A stretch of DNA of 64,000 bases from an uncultured Solirubrobacterales bacterium (lineage in GTDB: Bacteria; Actinomycetota; Thermoleophilia; Solirubrobacterales; 70-9): assembly GCA_963818205.1 (NCBI GenBank), contig CAWFRG010000001.1, positions 9,597 to 73,596 on the forward strand. The letters run 5' to 3'. Below, piece by piece: positions 55,673-64,000 of this stretch (the stretch's first letter is position 1; the number at the start of each line of letters is the position of its first letter). Below the pieces are notes generated by a model, which had not been told where the DNA came from, made no database searches, and worked only from the letters and a program-made list of their open reading frames with translations. A program made the translations under genes and the position numbers.

Positions 55673-56586
55673 CCGAACCCTCCGCTGACGTACTCGCGGG
55701 TCCGCTTCGCCCTCGGGGCGCTGAACACCTGGTCCGCCTTGCCGTACTCCACCAGGTCGCCCAGATACATGAAGCCGACCCGGTCGGCGACCCGGTAGGC
55801 CTGCTGGAGGTTGTGGGTGACGATCACGATCGCCACCTCGTTCCGCAGCTTGATGATCAGGTCCTCGATGATCGCGGTGGAACGGGGATCGAGCGCCGAG
55901 CAGGGCTCGTCGAGGAGCAGCACCTCCGGGTCCACAGCCAGCGAGCGCGCAATGCAGAGCCGCTGCTGCTGGCCGCCCGAGAGGCGCAGCGCCGGGTGGC
56001 CGAGGTTGTCCTTGACCTCCTCGAGGAGTCCGGCGCGTTCGAGCGCCTCCTCCACCGCCGGGCGCAGGGCCTGGCGGGACGGCCGCCGGGAGCCCCGCTC
56101 GCGCAGCCCGTAGGCGACGTTGTCGAAGACGCTCATCGGGAACGGGTTGGGCTGCTGGAAGACCATCCCCACCTTGCGGCGAAGCTCGGTGACGTCGTGG
56201 AGATCGACGTCCTCGCCGTCGAGCAGGATCGTCCCGCTCCGGGTCGCGGTCGGCGTCTGGTCGACGAGGCGGTTGAGCGAGCGCAGCAGCGTCGTCTTGC
56301 CGCAGCCGGAGGGACCGATCAGCCCGAGGACCTCGCCCTGGCTGACGGTCAGGTCGACCCCCTTGACGGCGGGCTTGCCGGCATAGGCGACGCTCAGCTC
56401 CTCGGTCTGCATCCGCTCGGTGACCTTGCCCCGCTTGCCGTTGATCCGCCTGGGAGCGCTGAGCAGCCCCGAGGCCGCCGACTTCGCCGCCTCGGCAGCA
56501 CCGCCGGACTTCGGCGGGGCGACCGTGGTCGGCTCCTCGTCGACGACGATCCGACGGACGGGCGGAGGCTTCTTCAGCGGGCCCAT
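55669..56586 (-). CDS. pstB: phosphate ABC transporter ATP-binding protein PstB (copy 1) with an ~60-aa N-terminal extension
   Basis: [54 protein letters not shown]. Confidence 0.9.
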   Translation of the reverse strand: MGPLKKPPPVRRIVVDEEPTTVAPPKSGGAAEAAKSAASGLLSAPRRINGKRGKVTERMQTEELSVAYAGKPAVKGVDLTVSQGEVLGLIGPSGCGKTTLLRSLNRLVDQTPTATRSGTILLDGEDVDLHDVTELRRKVGMVFQQPNPFPMSVFDNVAYGLRERGSRRPSRQALRPAVEEALERAGLLEEVKDNLGHPALRLSGGQQQRLCIARSLAVDPEVLLLDEPCSALDPRSTAIIEDLIIKLRNEVAIVIVTHNLQQAYRVADRVGFMYLGDLVEYGKADQVFSAPRAKRTREYVSGGFG

Positions 56587-57604
56587 GTGTCACTCCTTCT
56601 GCGCGAGAGCAGGTCGACGGCGAAGTTCATGATGATCACGACCATCAGCAGGAGGAACGCGGCGGCGTAGGCCTGCTCGGGGGCGTTGCCCTCACCGGAA
56701 GGGGAGTTCGTGTAGACGTAGCTGGTCAGGGTGCTGCCGGTTCCGGTGAGGAAGCTGAGGATTGGCGTCTCGCCCTGCGCCTCATTGGTCAGGGTGGCGC
56801 CGAGGAGGATGATCACGATCGCGGTGTCGCCGGCGATCCGGCCCATCCCCAGGGTGACCCCGGTGGCGATCGCCCTTGCGGGAGGCGGGAAGCAGCACCC
56901 GGCGGATGGTGGAGATCTTGTCCTTGCCGAGGGCGTAGGACGCTTCGCGGACGTGGGTGGGGATCGACTGGAGCGCCTCCCGGGTGGCGCCGACGATCAG
57001 GGGAAGCGCGATCAGCGACATCATGATCCCGGCGATGAAGAAGGAGCGGCCGAAGACCGCGCCGCCCTCGGCGGTGAAGGAGAGGAAGCCGAAGGCTCCC
57101 TGCGAGAAGATCAGAAGGCCGAAGATCGCGAGGACGATGGTCGGCGTGCCGGCGACGATCTCGACGCCCGACTCGACCGCGCGGGCGAGCCCAGCGGGCT
57201 TGCCGTACTCGCTCAGCCAGACCGCCGTGCGCCACCCCGACCGGGAAGGCGATCAGGGTGCCGAGCGCGTCAGGACCAGGGTGCCCACGATCGGATCGAG
57301 GTAGCCGCCGGCTGTGCTGGTGATTTCGGTTGTCGACGAGATGACCGGGTGTTGCCCGAGCGCGTCGATGGTTGACGTACTGGAGTCCACGAAACAGCAT
57401 GTAGATCACGATCGCGCCGGCGATCGCGCAGAGCAGGAGGCCGGCCGCCCAGCAGGCGGCGACACCGAGCCGGTCGATGACTGACCAGGCGACGATCTCC
57501 TCCTCCCGGAGCTGCTCGTGGCGCCGCCGCCTCCGCGGCCCTCGGGGCAGAGCAGGGCCGCCGGAGCGACGGACGGCGCAGGCCGAATCGCCTTCTCTGC
57601 GCAT
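56574..57604 (-). pseudogene. pstA: phosphate ABC transporter permease PstA (copy 1), at least four frame changes
   Basis: Pieces in three frames: WSVIDRLGVAACWAAGLLLCAIAGAIVIYMLFRGLQYV / IDALGQHPVISSTTEITSTAGGYLDPIVGTLVL / LGTLIAFPVGVA / MSLIALPLIVGATREALQSIPTHVREASYALGKDKISTIRRVLLPA / GRIAGDTAIVIILLGAT...AAFLLLMVVIIMNFAVDLL. Confidence 0.7.
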
Positions 57605-57610
57605 GGGTGC

Positions 57611-58617
57611 TCATATCGCGGTGAGGGTGTAGCGGCGGAGCCTGCGCCTCACGTACCAGCCCACGAAGGACATGAAAGCGGCGGAGACCAGAAGCACCGC
57701 GGCGAATGCGTACATGGTCTGGGCGAGCGGCTCAACCGAGAGCCCCTCCGAGTAGTCGACGATCGTGGCGGCGAGCGGCCTGGCCGGTTCGGCGAAGAAG
57801 ATCAGCCCGTCGAGCGGGTTCGGCGCGAAGGCGACCGAGCCGGTCACCATCGCCAGCATGATCGCCTCGCCCAGGGCGCGGGCGGTGGCGAGCACCGCCG
57901 CGGCGACGATCGCCGGGCGAGCGGCGCTGTACCCCGACGGTCCACAGGGCCCGGAAGCGATTGACTCCGAGCGCCACCGCCCCGTCGCGCCAGTCCTGCG
58001 GCACGGCCCGGAGCGCGTCGACCACGATCGCGATCATGATCGGGGTGATCATCACGGTCAGGATCAGGATCCCGACCCCGACGCTCGATGCCGCTGAGCG
58101 CGATGATCCCGGCGACCGATTCCTTGGCGCTGTCGGAGATGAGGTGGTTGCCGACGAAGGGGACGATCACGAGGATCCCGATCAGCCCGTAGATCACCGA
58201 GGGCACCGCCGCCAGCAGCCGGACCACCGGCTCGAGCACGCGGCGGATCGGCTCGGGGGCGAACTCGACGATGAACATCGCCGAGAGCAGCGCGACCACG
58301 GTGCCGATGATCACCGAGGTGATCGTGATCAGGGCGGTGGCCCAGATCAGCGGCCAGGCGTGGAAGGTGTAGACGTACTCGGAGGGATCGGCGGGCGAGC
58401 GGAAGATCGCCTCGAGCTGCTGATCCGACGTTGCCGCCGGATCCGAACCAGGCGAGCCCGTTGTGCGAGAAGGAGGGCCAGGCCTTCTGGAAGACGAAGA
58501 TGATCATCCCGGCGATCAGCGCCAGGACGACGCAGGCCAGCGCGCCGAGCAAAAGCTCGGCGCGCTGGTCACTGCGGTTCCTCGGTCCCGCCTTTTGAGG
58601 ACCGAATCTGATCTTTT
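57611..58617 (-). pseudogene. pstC: phosphate ABC transporter permease PstC (copy 1), at least three frame changes; start unresolved
   Basis: Pieces: LLLGALACVVLALIAGMIIFVFQKAWPSF / QQLEAIFRSPADPSEYVYTFHAWPLIWATALITITSVIIGTVVALLSAMFIVEFAP...AAVPSVIYGLIG / MITPIMIAIVVDALRAVPQDWRDGAVALGVNRFRALW / LATARALGEAIMLAMVTG...AAVLLVSAAFMSFVGWYV. Confidence 0.7.
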
Positions 58618-58620
58618 TCG

Positions 58621-59451
58621 CTAGTGAAGCGGGACCCATTCCGAGGCGATGATGTTGTTCGCCCGGCGGCTCTTCAGGATCCACTTGATGCACTTCTTGA
58701 CGCCACCCGTCGGTGCACCCCGGGTGACGAGGTAGAAGCTCCGCACTCCGCCGTACTGGAACGACTGCGCGTTCCGCAGGGTGCAGGCGACCCCGTTGTA
58801 GTCGACGACGTGGACGCCGGCGCTGAACGCCAGCGAGACGTAGCCGATCGCCTGCGGGTCACTCTTGACGCCCTGCTGGACGAGACCGTTGCCGGCCTTG
58901 CCCGCGACCTGGGTCCCCTGGCTCGTGTTGCTGCCGTCGAACCTGAGGAAGATGTCGCGGAAGGCGTCGTGCGTCCCCGAGGTCGGGGCACGCCCGATCG
59001 CGGTGATCGCCCCGCTGAACGGGAGCCCACTCGTCCCCCACTGCTGGATCGTCGGGCTGGTCTTGAAGATCCCCTGGACCTGCTGCGAGGAGATGTTCCC
59101 CAGCGGGTTGGCGTTGTTGGTGATGATGCAGAGCGCATCGCGAGAGATCCGGGTGAACACCAGGCCTCCTGGGTCGCTGGCGGCAGGGTCGCGTGAGGAC
59201 CCGCCGATCGAGACGCGGCCCTTGGAGACGTCGGAAACACCGACGTTCGACCCGCCCTGGAGGATCTTGAAGCCGTACTTCTTGCCTTGCTTGGTCTTGA
59301 TCCAGGCGCGCGCCAGCTTGACCTCGAGCGGGTAGACGGAAGTAGATCCACTGATCGTGATGATCTTCTTCGCCTGCGCCGTCGCCGGCACGGCCGCGAT
59401 CATCGCCACCGCGCAGGCAAGCGCGGTCAGGCGAATTCGCTTTCGTGACAC
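58621..59451 (-). CDS. pstS: phosphate ABC transporter substrate-binding protein PstS family (copy 1)
   Basis: Signal peptide VSRKRIRLTALACAVAMIAAVPATAQA, ITISGSTSVYPL, GGSNVG..., APTSGTHDAF. GTG 59451 is preceded by AAAGGAG; the ORF track start at 59472 is TTG. Confidence 0.8.
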   Translation of the reverse strand: MSRKRIRLTALACAVAMIAAVPATAQAKKIITISGSTSVYPLEVKLARAWIKTKQGKKYGFKILQGGSNVGVSDVSKGRVSIGGSSRDPAASDPGGLVFTRISRDALCIITNNANPLGNISSQQVQGIFKTSPTIQQWGTSGLPFSGAITAIGRAPTSGTHDAFRDIFLRFDGSNTSQGTQVAGKAGNGLVQQGVKSDPQAIGYVSLAFSAGVHVVDYNGVACTLRNAQSFQYGGVRSFYLVTRGAPTGGVKKCIKWILKSRRANNIIASEWVPLH

Positions 59452-59535
59452 AGGTACTCCTTTCGGTCTCAAACGAGGACCGCGGGAGTCTCGCGACGGC
59501 GCGGCTGGGTCGTGTGACTAGCGCGTGATCAGGCG

Positions 59536-59552
59536 GTAAACGAGTTGTAAAC
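59536..59552 (-). promoter_or_regulatory. candidate PHO-box-like direct repeat upstream of pstS
   Basis: On the pstS strand: TGTTTACAACTCGTTTACCG. Two GTTTAC hexamers with 11-nt (one helical turn) periodicity, about 85-100 nt upstream of the pstS start. Confidence 0.35.
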
Positions 59553-59652
59553 ACGCTCAAGAGCAGGGAAAACCGTGCGGACTACCCGGGACTCGGTACT
59601 CCAAACCCGATCCGGTCCACCTCTCCTCCGAACTTGCGCCCGGAGCGAGAAC

Positions 59653-59680
59653 GACGGCCGCGCCTGCTGGCGCGGCCGTC
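59653..59680 (-). terminator. strong GC hairpin downstream of the secreted two-module protein gene
   Basis: GACGGCCGCGCC-TGCT-GGCGCGGCCGTC: perfect 12-bp stem with a 4-nt loop, about 75 nt after the stop at 59757. No clear U-tract. Confidence 0.55.
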
Positions 59681-59756
59681 GTCTCGAAAGGAGTGGCTTT
59701 CGCCTTGATGCGAGGGTCCTCCGAAGCGAACCGAGGAGGAACCCGCTTTGTGATGG

Positions 59757-61125
59757 TTACTTCTTCTTCCCGCCGCCCTTGTTCTTGGGCTTCGGACACT
59801 GCCCCTTGCCGTACCCCGTCAGGGCCAGCTGGAAGGGCTCGCTGAGAAACTCACCCGTGGTGGGGGCGCCGCCGTCGGTCGGAGTGATCGTCGGCTCGTT
59901 CATCGCGATCACCCAGACCTTGAGCTTCGGCGTCCCGGGCTCGCGCCTGCACGGGCTCTGCGGGAACGCCGATCTCACCGGTGAGGACGTTGCCGGCGCT
60001 CAACCTCCGCCCGTACGGGTTAGAGGTGCTGGTGGTGCCCTGGCGATCCGGGAACCCGCAGCCGAATCCGATGTAGGGGATCGGACCCTCGCACTGATGC
60101 GCGGCGCTCTCGCCCTCGGCACACTGCGCCGGCGTGAGTGGCGGAGTAGGCGGCGGCGGATTGGCGCATGGCACGGAGTTCGTGCCCGGCCCGGACACCT
60201 CACCCTCGCCGCCGACGAGGTCGATCGGCTTGTTGGTGACGATCGCGTAGGTGCGGATGTTCGCGCTGCATCCGAACGCGTACTTGGCGTCGACGTCCGG
60301 CTTGCCCGGAACCTTCGGCGACACCGTGCCGGTGCAGCTGAGCGGGTTGATGTTGACGCCACCGACGGCCGCGGCCTGCGCGCTCGCGCCCTTGCCCTTG
60401 CCCTTGCCCGATGCCTTCTTCGACCCGCCGGGCTGGCACCCGGAGTAGCCCTTCAGCTTCAGCTTGAACGGTTCCGACGCGTACTCGCCCACGGTCGTGC
60501 TGTCGCCTCTGACGGTGAAGGAGCTGATCGGCGGCTCGCCACCGACGACCACCGTCATCTGCAGCGGGTCCTTCGGCTTGAACGTGCACGGGTTTGCCGC
60601 CAGGGTCACGTCCTGCGTGACAAAGAGACCAGCCGGGATGATCTGTGAGCAGGGCGGGCCTGTGATCCCGTTAACCGCAGGCGGCTGGCCGTTGGGCCCT
60701 GCAGGCAGCACGGCGCTGGACCGCCCGCAGCTGGTCGAGCCCCCGGTGCTTGGGTTGGTCTGGGTGCCCGGGGCGGCGCGATTGGTAACCCCACAGCCGA
60801 AGCCGGCGTTACCTGCCGCGGTGCTGCACTGGAGGAAACTCATCGGCGACGCGCCGACCAGGGGGTCCGAGAAGCTCGTGATCGCCTTGTTGCTGACGAT
60901 GCTGTACGCCCGGATCTCGTTGCTGCACGAGAACGAGAGCTTCGCCGCCTTGCCCGGGTTGCCCTTGGACTTGGCTGCGACCGAGCCCTTGCAGAGGGTG
61001 AAGCCCGCCGAGGCGGTACCCGCCGAACCAAGAGAGATGACCCCGAAGACTGCAACGACTGAGACGAGAACCACGATCCGCCGCCTGTCCCACCAGCCGC
61101 GCTCGGACCGAATTGAATTGATCAC
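59757..61125 (-). pseudogene. secreted Cys-rich protein made of two homologous ~190-aa modules, Lys/Gly tail; one frame change near 59960-59975
   Basis: TM/signal IVVLVSVVAVFGVISLGSAGTASA. Module A: FTLCKGSV...LSFSCSNEIRAYSIVSNKAI...GFGCGV...PCTFKPKDPLQMTVVVGGEPPISSF...GEYASEPFKLKLKGYSGCQP. Module B: LSCTGTV...YAFGCSANIRTYAIVTNKPI...GFGCGF... continues in ORF 59757..59978 as PCRREPGTPKLKVWVIAMNEPTITP...GEFLSEPFQLALTGYGKGQCPKPKNKGGGKKK. Confidence 0.6.
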
Positions 61126-61296
61126 TTGAGAGGCTCCTTCACGATTGCGTTTGCATCCGCCTAGGCGGACGGACGCGCGGCAGTCTCTCTGCGCGCGACG
61201 GCCCGGATGTTGCGATCCCGTGTACAGGATGTAAACGGGATCCGGTAGAGCTCGCCCGGAAGGATCCTCAGTCCTGATGCAACAGGCCCGCGAAAC

Positions 61297-62001
61297 CTAG
61301 GGCGCCGGCGCGGGGGTCTCGCCGGGGTGCGAGGCGTCCTCGAACTCGCGGAAGAGCCCGGTGACGACGAAGGCGACCTGCTCGCCGATGTCGACCGCGT
61401 TGTCGCCGATCCGCTCCAGGGCCCGGGCGACCAGCATCATCGTCATCGCCCACTCCCGGGTGTCGTGATCGTCCCCGACCTCGACCGCGATCTGGAAGGT
61501 CTCCTTGTTGAGGTCGTCGATCAGGTCGTCCTGGCGGACCAGGTCGCGGGCGAGCTGGATATCGCGGGCCTCGAAGGCCTTCTTCGACTGCGACACCTGC
61601 GAGCGCGCCTGCCGCCCCATGCGAAGGATCCGGTCGAGCATCTCCGGGCGCTGGGGGGCGTCGTAGCCGGTGAGCGGGATCAGCTTGCAGATATTCACGC
61701 ACTGATCGCCCATCCGCTCCATGCACTTCATCACGTGCAGAAGAGCCGAGATCAGCCTCAGGTCGGTGGCCACCGGGGCCTGGGTGGCGAGCAGGGTGAG
61801 GATCTCCTGGTGGACCTCGAGATAGCGGCCGTCGATCCGGTCGTCGTCGGCGATCACCAGCTCGGAGAGCTCGATGTCCTGGTGCTCGACCGCCTCCATC
61901 GTCCGGTCGAGGCTCTGCACGACCAGGTCGAGACCGCCGAGGGCGCGATTCTCGAGCTCCTCGAGCTCCTCCGAGTAGTGGAGGCGGGTGCGCTCAGGCA
62001 T
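61297..62001 (-). CDS. phoU: phosphate signalling complex protein PhoU
   Basis: 234 aa from ATG 62001 (ATGA overlap with the pstB stop). Two PhoU repeats (DDRIDGRYLEVHQEILTLLATQ; DDLIDDLNKETFQIAV...RALERIGDNAVDIGE). Confidence 0.9.
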   Translation of the reverse strand: MPERTRLHYSEELEELENRALGGLDLVVQSLDRTMEAVEHQDIELSELVIADDDRIDGRYLEVHQEILTLLATQAPVATDLRLISALLHVMKCMERMGDQCVNICKLIPLTGYDAPQRPEMLDRILRMGRQARSQVSQSKKAFEARDIQLARDLVRQDDLIDDLNKETFQIAVEVGDDHDTREWAMTMMLVARALERIGDNAVDIGEQVAFVVTGLFREFEDASHPGETPAPAP

Positions 62002-62903
62002 CAGCCCACCTTCCCGGTGACGTAGTCCTCGGTCCGAGGGTCGGAGGGGTTGGTGAAGAGCTTGTCGGTGTCGTCGTACTCGACAAGCCGACCCCACCGG
62101 CTCGCCTCGTCCGCGTCGAGCTCGACGATGAAAAACGCGGTTCGGTTGGAGACGCGGGCTGCCTGCTGCATGTTGTGGGTGACGATCACGATCGAGAACT
62201 GCTCCTGGAGCTCCAGCATCAGGTCCTCGATCTTCCCGGTCGAGATCGGGTCGAGGGCCGAGCAGGGCTCGTCCATCAGGATCACGTCGGGGTCGACGGC
62301 GATGCAGCGGGCGATGCAGAGACGCTGCTGCTGGCCGCCGGACATGCCGTAGGCGTTCTGGTCGAGGCGGTCCTTGACCTCGTCCCAGAGCGCGGCGCCG
62401 CGGAGAGCCTTCTCGACTCGATCCTTGACGTCGGGCATCCCAAGCACCCGGGGACCAAACGCGATGTTGTCGAAGATCGACTTCGGGAAGGGGTTCGGCT
62501 TCTGGAAGACCATCCCGATTCGCTTCCGGACCTCGACCGGGTCGACCTCACGGCCGTAGAGGTCCTGGTCATGGTAGAAGCAGTGGCCCTCGACGGTCGC
62601 CGTCGGGATCAGATCGTTCATCCGGTTGAGGCAGCGGATCAGGGTGCTCTTGCCGACGCCGGAGGGGCCGATCAGCGCCGTGATCTCCTTTTCGTGGATG
62701 TCCATCGAGACATCCCTGACCGCCGGCTTGCCATTGAAGGAGACGCTCAGGTCCTGGAGCTTGAAGACGGTGTTGCTGCCTGCCTTCCCCTTCCCGTGCC
62801 CCGCGCCCTCGGTGACGCCGGAGACGTCGATCTCGGGCCCGCTCTGCCGACCGGTCGCCGCACCGGCCGCGTTCTTTGCCTGTTCAGCCACCTTGTCCAA
62901 CAC
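62001..62903 (-). CDS. pstB: phosphate ABC transporter ATP-binding protein PstB (copy 2) with an ~45-aa N-terminal extension
   Basis: [57 protein letters not shown]. Confidence 0.95.
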   Translation of the reverse strand: MLDKVAEQAKNAAGAATGRQSGPEIDVSGVTEGAGHGKGKAGSNTVFKLQDLSVSFNGKPAVRDVSMDIHEKEITALIGPSGVGKSTLIRCLNRMNDLIPTATVEGHCFYHDQDLYGREVDPVEVRKRIGMVFQKPNPFPKSIFDNIAFGPRVLGMPDVKDRVEKALRGAALWDEVKDRLDQNAYGMSGGQQQRLCIARCIAVDPDVILMDEPCSALDPISTGKIEDLMLELQEQFSIVIVTHNMQQAARVSNRTAFFIVELDADEASRWGRLVEYDDTDKLFTNPSDPRTEDYVTGKVG

Positions 62904-62940
62904 TATCGACCATCACTTTCGTTGAAGTGTCGTTGGTTCG

Positions 62941-63885
62941 TTACCACTGCTGCTCGTATCGATTCCGCAGCCAGATCGCGAACGAGTTCATCGCCAAGAG
63001 CACGATCAGCAGGACGACCACGCCCGCCGCGGCCAGCACCTTGAATTCATCCTGCGGCCGCAGCGCGTAGTTGAAGATCAGCACCGGCATCGCCGAATAG
63101 CCGTCCTGTCCGAAAAATGTCGGGTTGAAGGTCACGAACTGGGCGGCCCCGACCAGGATCAGCGGCGCCGCCTCGCCGAGCGCCCGGGAGACCGCGAGGA
63201 TCACCCCGGTCGCGATCCCCGGAATCGCCGCCGGCAACACCTGCCTCCGGGTCGTCTGCCACTTGGTCGCGCCGAGCGCCAAGGAGCCCTCGCGGATCGA
63301 GGGGGGCACGGCGCGGATCGCCTCTCGCCCCGCCAGGATCACCGTGGGCAGCACCAGCAATGCAAGCGTCAGGGAGCCGGCGGCGAGGACGAAACCGAGG
63401 TCGAGAGGCCCGCGGACGATGAACGCTAGTCCGAGGATCCCGTAGATGATCGAGGGGACGCCGGCGAGGTTCTGGATGTTGAGCTCGATCAGCCGGTTCC
63501 ACCAGCGGGTCCCGTCCGCGTATTCCTCCATGTAGACCGCCGCCCCGACGCCGAGCGGCACGATCAGGATGATCACCCCGACGATCAGGTAGAGACTGCC
63601 GATGAGTGCCGGCTTGAATCCCGCGTTCTCCGGGTTGATCGTCGAAGGCCCCTCGGTGAGCAGGCTCGTTCCGAAGGCGGGGGCGCCCTTGATCGCCGAC
63701 TGCACGATCAGCGCCACCAGCCCCAGCAGGGCGAGACCGACTGCAAACAGCAGGAGCGCGAAAAAGACATTGCCGCGCACCTTGTCGCCGCGCGGTTGTT
63801 CGCGGAGCGAACTGGCCACCGCGGCGTGCGCGCCCGCCGTCGCCAGCCGGGTGCGCTCGGACATCGGCTCGGGCATCCGCGGCAT
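62941..63885 (-). CDS. pstA: phosphate ABC transporter permease PstA (copy 2)
   Basis: 314-aa intact ORF: IIGSLYLIVGVIILIVPLGVGAAVYMEEY, EAIRAVPPSIREGSLALGATKWQT, six TM segments. Confidence 0.9.
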   Translation of the reverse strand: MPRMPEPMSERTRLATAGAHAAVASSLREQPRGDKVRGNVFFALLLFAVGLALLGLVALIVQSAIKGAPAFGTSLLTEGPSTINPENAGFKPALIGSLYLIVGVIILIVPLGVGAAVYMEEYADGTRWWNRLIELNIQNLAGVPSIIYGILGLAFIVRGPLDLGFVLAAGSLTLALLVLPTVILAGREAIRAVPPSIREGSLALGATKWQTTRRQVLPAAIPGIATGVILAVSRALGEAAPLILVGAAQFVTFNPTFFGQDGYSAMPVLIFNYALRPQDEFKVLAAAGVVVLLIVLLAMNSFAIWLRNRYEQQW

Positions 63886-64000
63886 TACTCGTAGACCTCG
63901 CGGAAGCGCCGGACAAGGCGGATCGCGAACAGGTTCATGACCAGAGTCATCACGAACAGCAGCGATGCCGACCGCGAAGATCGTGTCGTAGGGAATCGTG
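63885..64000 (-). CDS. pstC: phosphate ABC transporter permease PstC (copy 2), 3' end only; possible frame change near 63958-63962
   Basis: Ends LLFVMTLVMNLFAIRLVRRFREVYE with a TAA overlapping the pstA ATG (TAATG). Upstream of about 63960 the hydrophobic reading TIPYDTIFAVGIAA is in a different frame. Confidence 0.6.
   Translation of the reverse strand, partial: RFPTTRSSRSASLLFVMTLVMNLFAIRLVRRFREVYE

Noticed and set aside
61214-61242. GATCCCGT-N13-ACGGGATC inverted repeat between phoU and the secreted-protein gene, considered as a PHO box or operator.
   Set aside because: It is equally well explained as a phoU 3' hairpin about 55 nt after the stop. There is no U-tract and no second copy, so it is mentioned only as context in the motif finding.

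Overview
High-GC (about 70%) bacterial chromosome segment with Actinomycetota-like gene content; the lineage call is inference only. Most of it is core metabolism.

Gene content, left to right:
- System I cytochrome c maturation genes (ccmE-ccmF-ccmI-like on the minus strand, ccmG-ccmH on the plus strand) around a tRNA-Gly(CCC).
- argS, rlmH and an M48 protease.
- A metallophosphoesterase-lipoprotein-Hanks kinase operon.
- tgt, the glycolytic block gap-pgk-tpiA-gpmI, and rapZ-uvrC.
- A TadE/TadE/TadG-like operon whose last gene is fused to two peptidoglycan hydrolase domains.
- A phosphate/polyphosphate-rich stretch: HD hydrolase, DUF47, ppk1, CHAD, ppx/gppA, two pst operons and phoU.
- An arsenic island: arsR-arsM-R2-like-SnoaL, divergent from arsC.
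- Several uncharacterised secreted, Cys-rich or zinc-ribbon proteins.

I saw no rRNA, CRISPR array, transposase, integrase or phage genes.

Points worth a second look:
1. A pseudopilin-type protein fused to M15 and SLT wall hydrolases.
2. An ars operon extended by a di-metal R2-like protein and a SnoaL-like protein, plus a GAPDH 5' stub after arsC.
3. Two near-identical 47-nt palindromes that exactly bracket the kinase operon.
4. A CcmE with Cys in place of the heme-binding His.
5. A very high, non-uniform load of single-base frame disruptions (pgk, echA-like, GT4, PHP, GH31, pstC, pstA and others), plus truncated gene remnants. This means either an indel-prone assembly or real gene decay, and the sequence alone cannot decide which.

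Coordinates of frame changes are approximate. All family names come from motif recognition by eye, not from searches.
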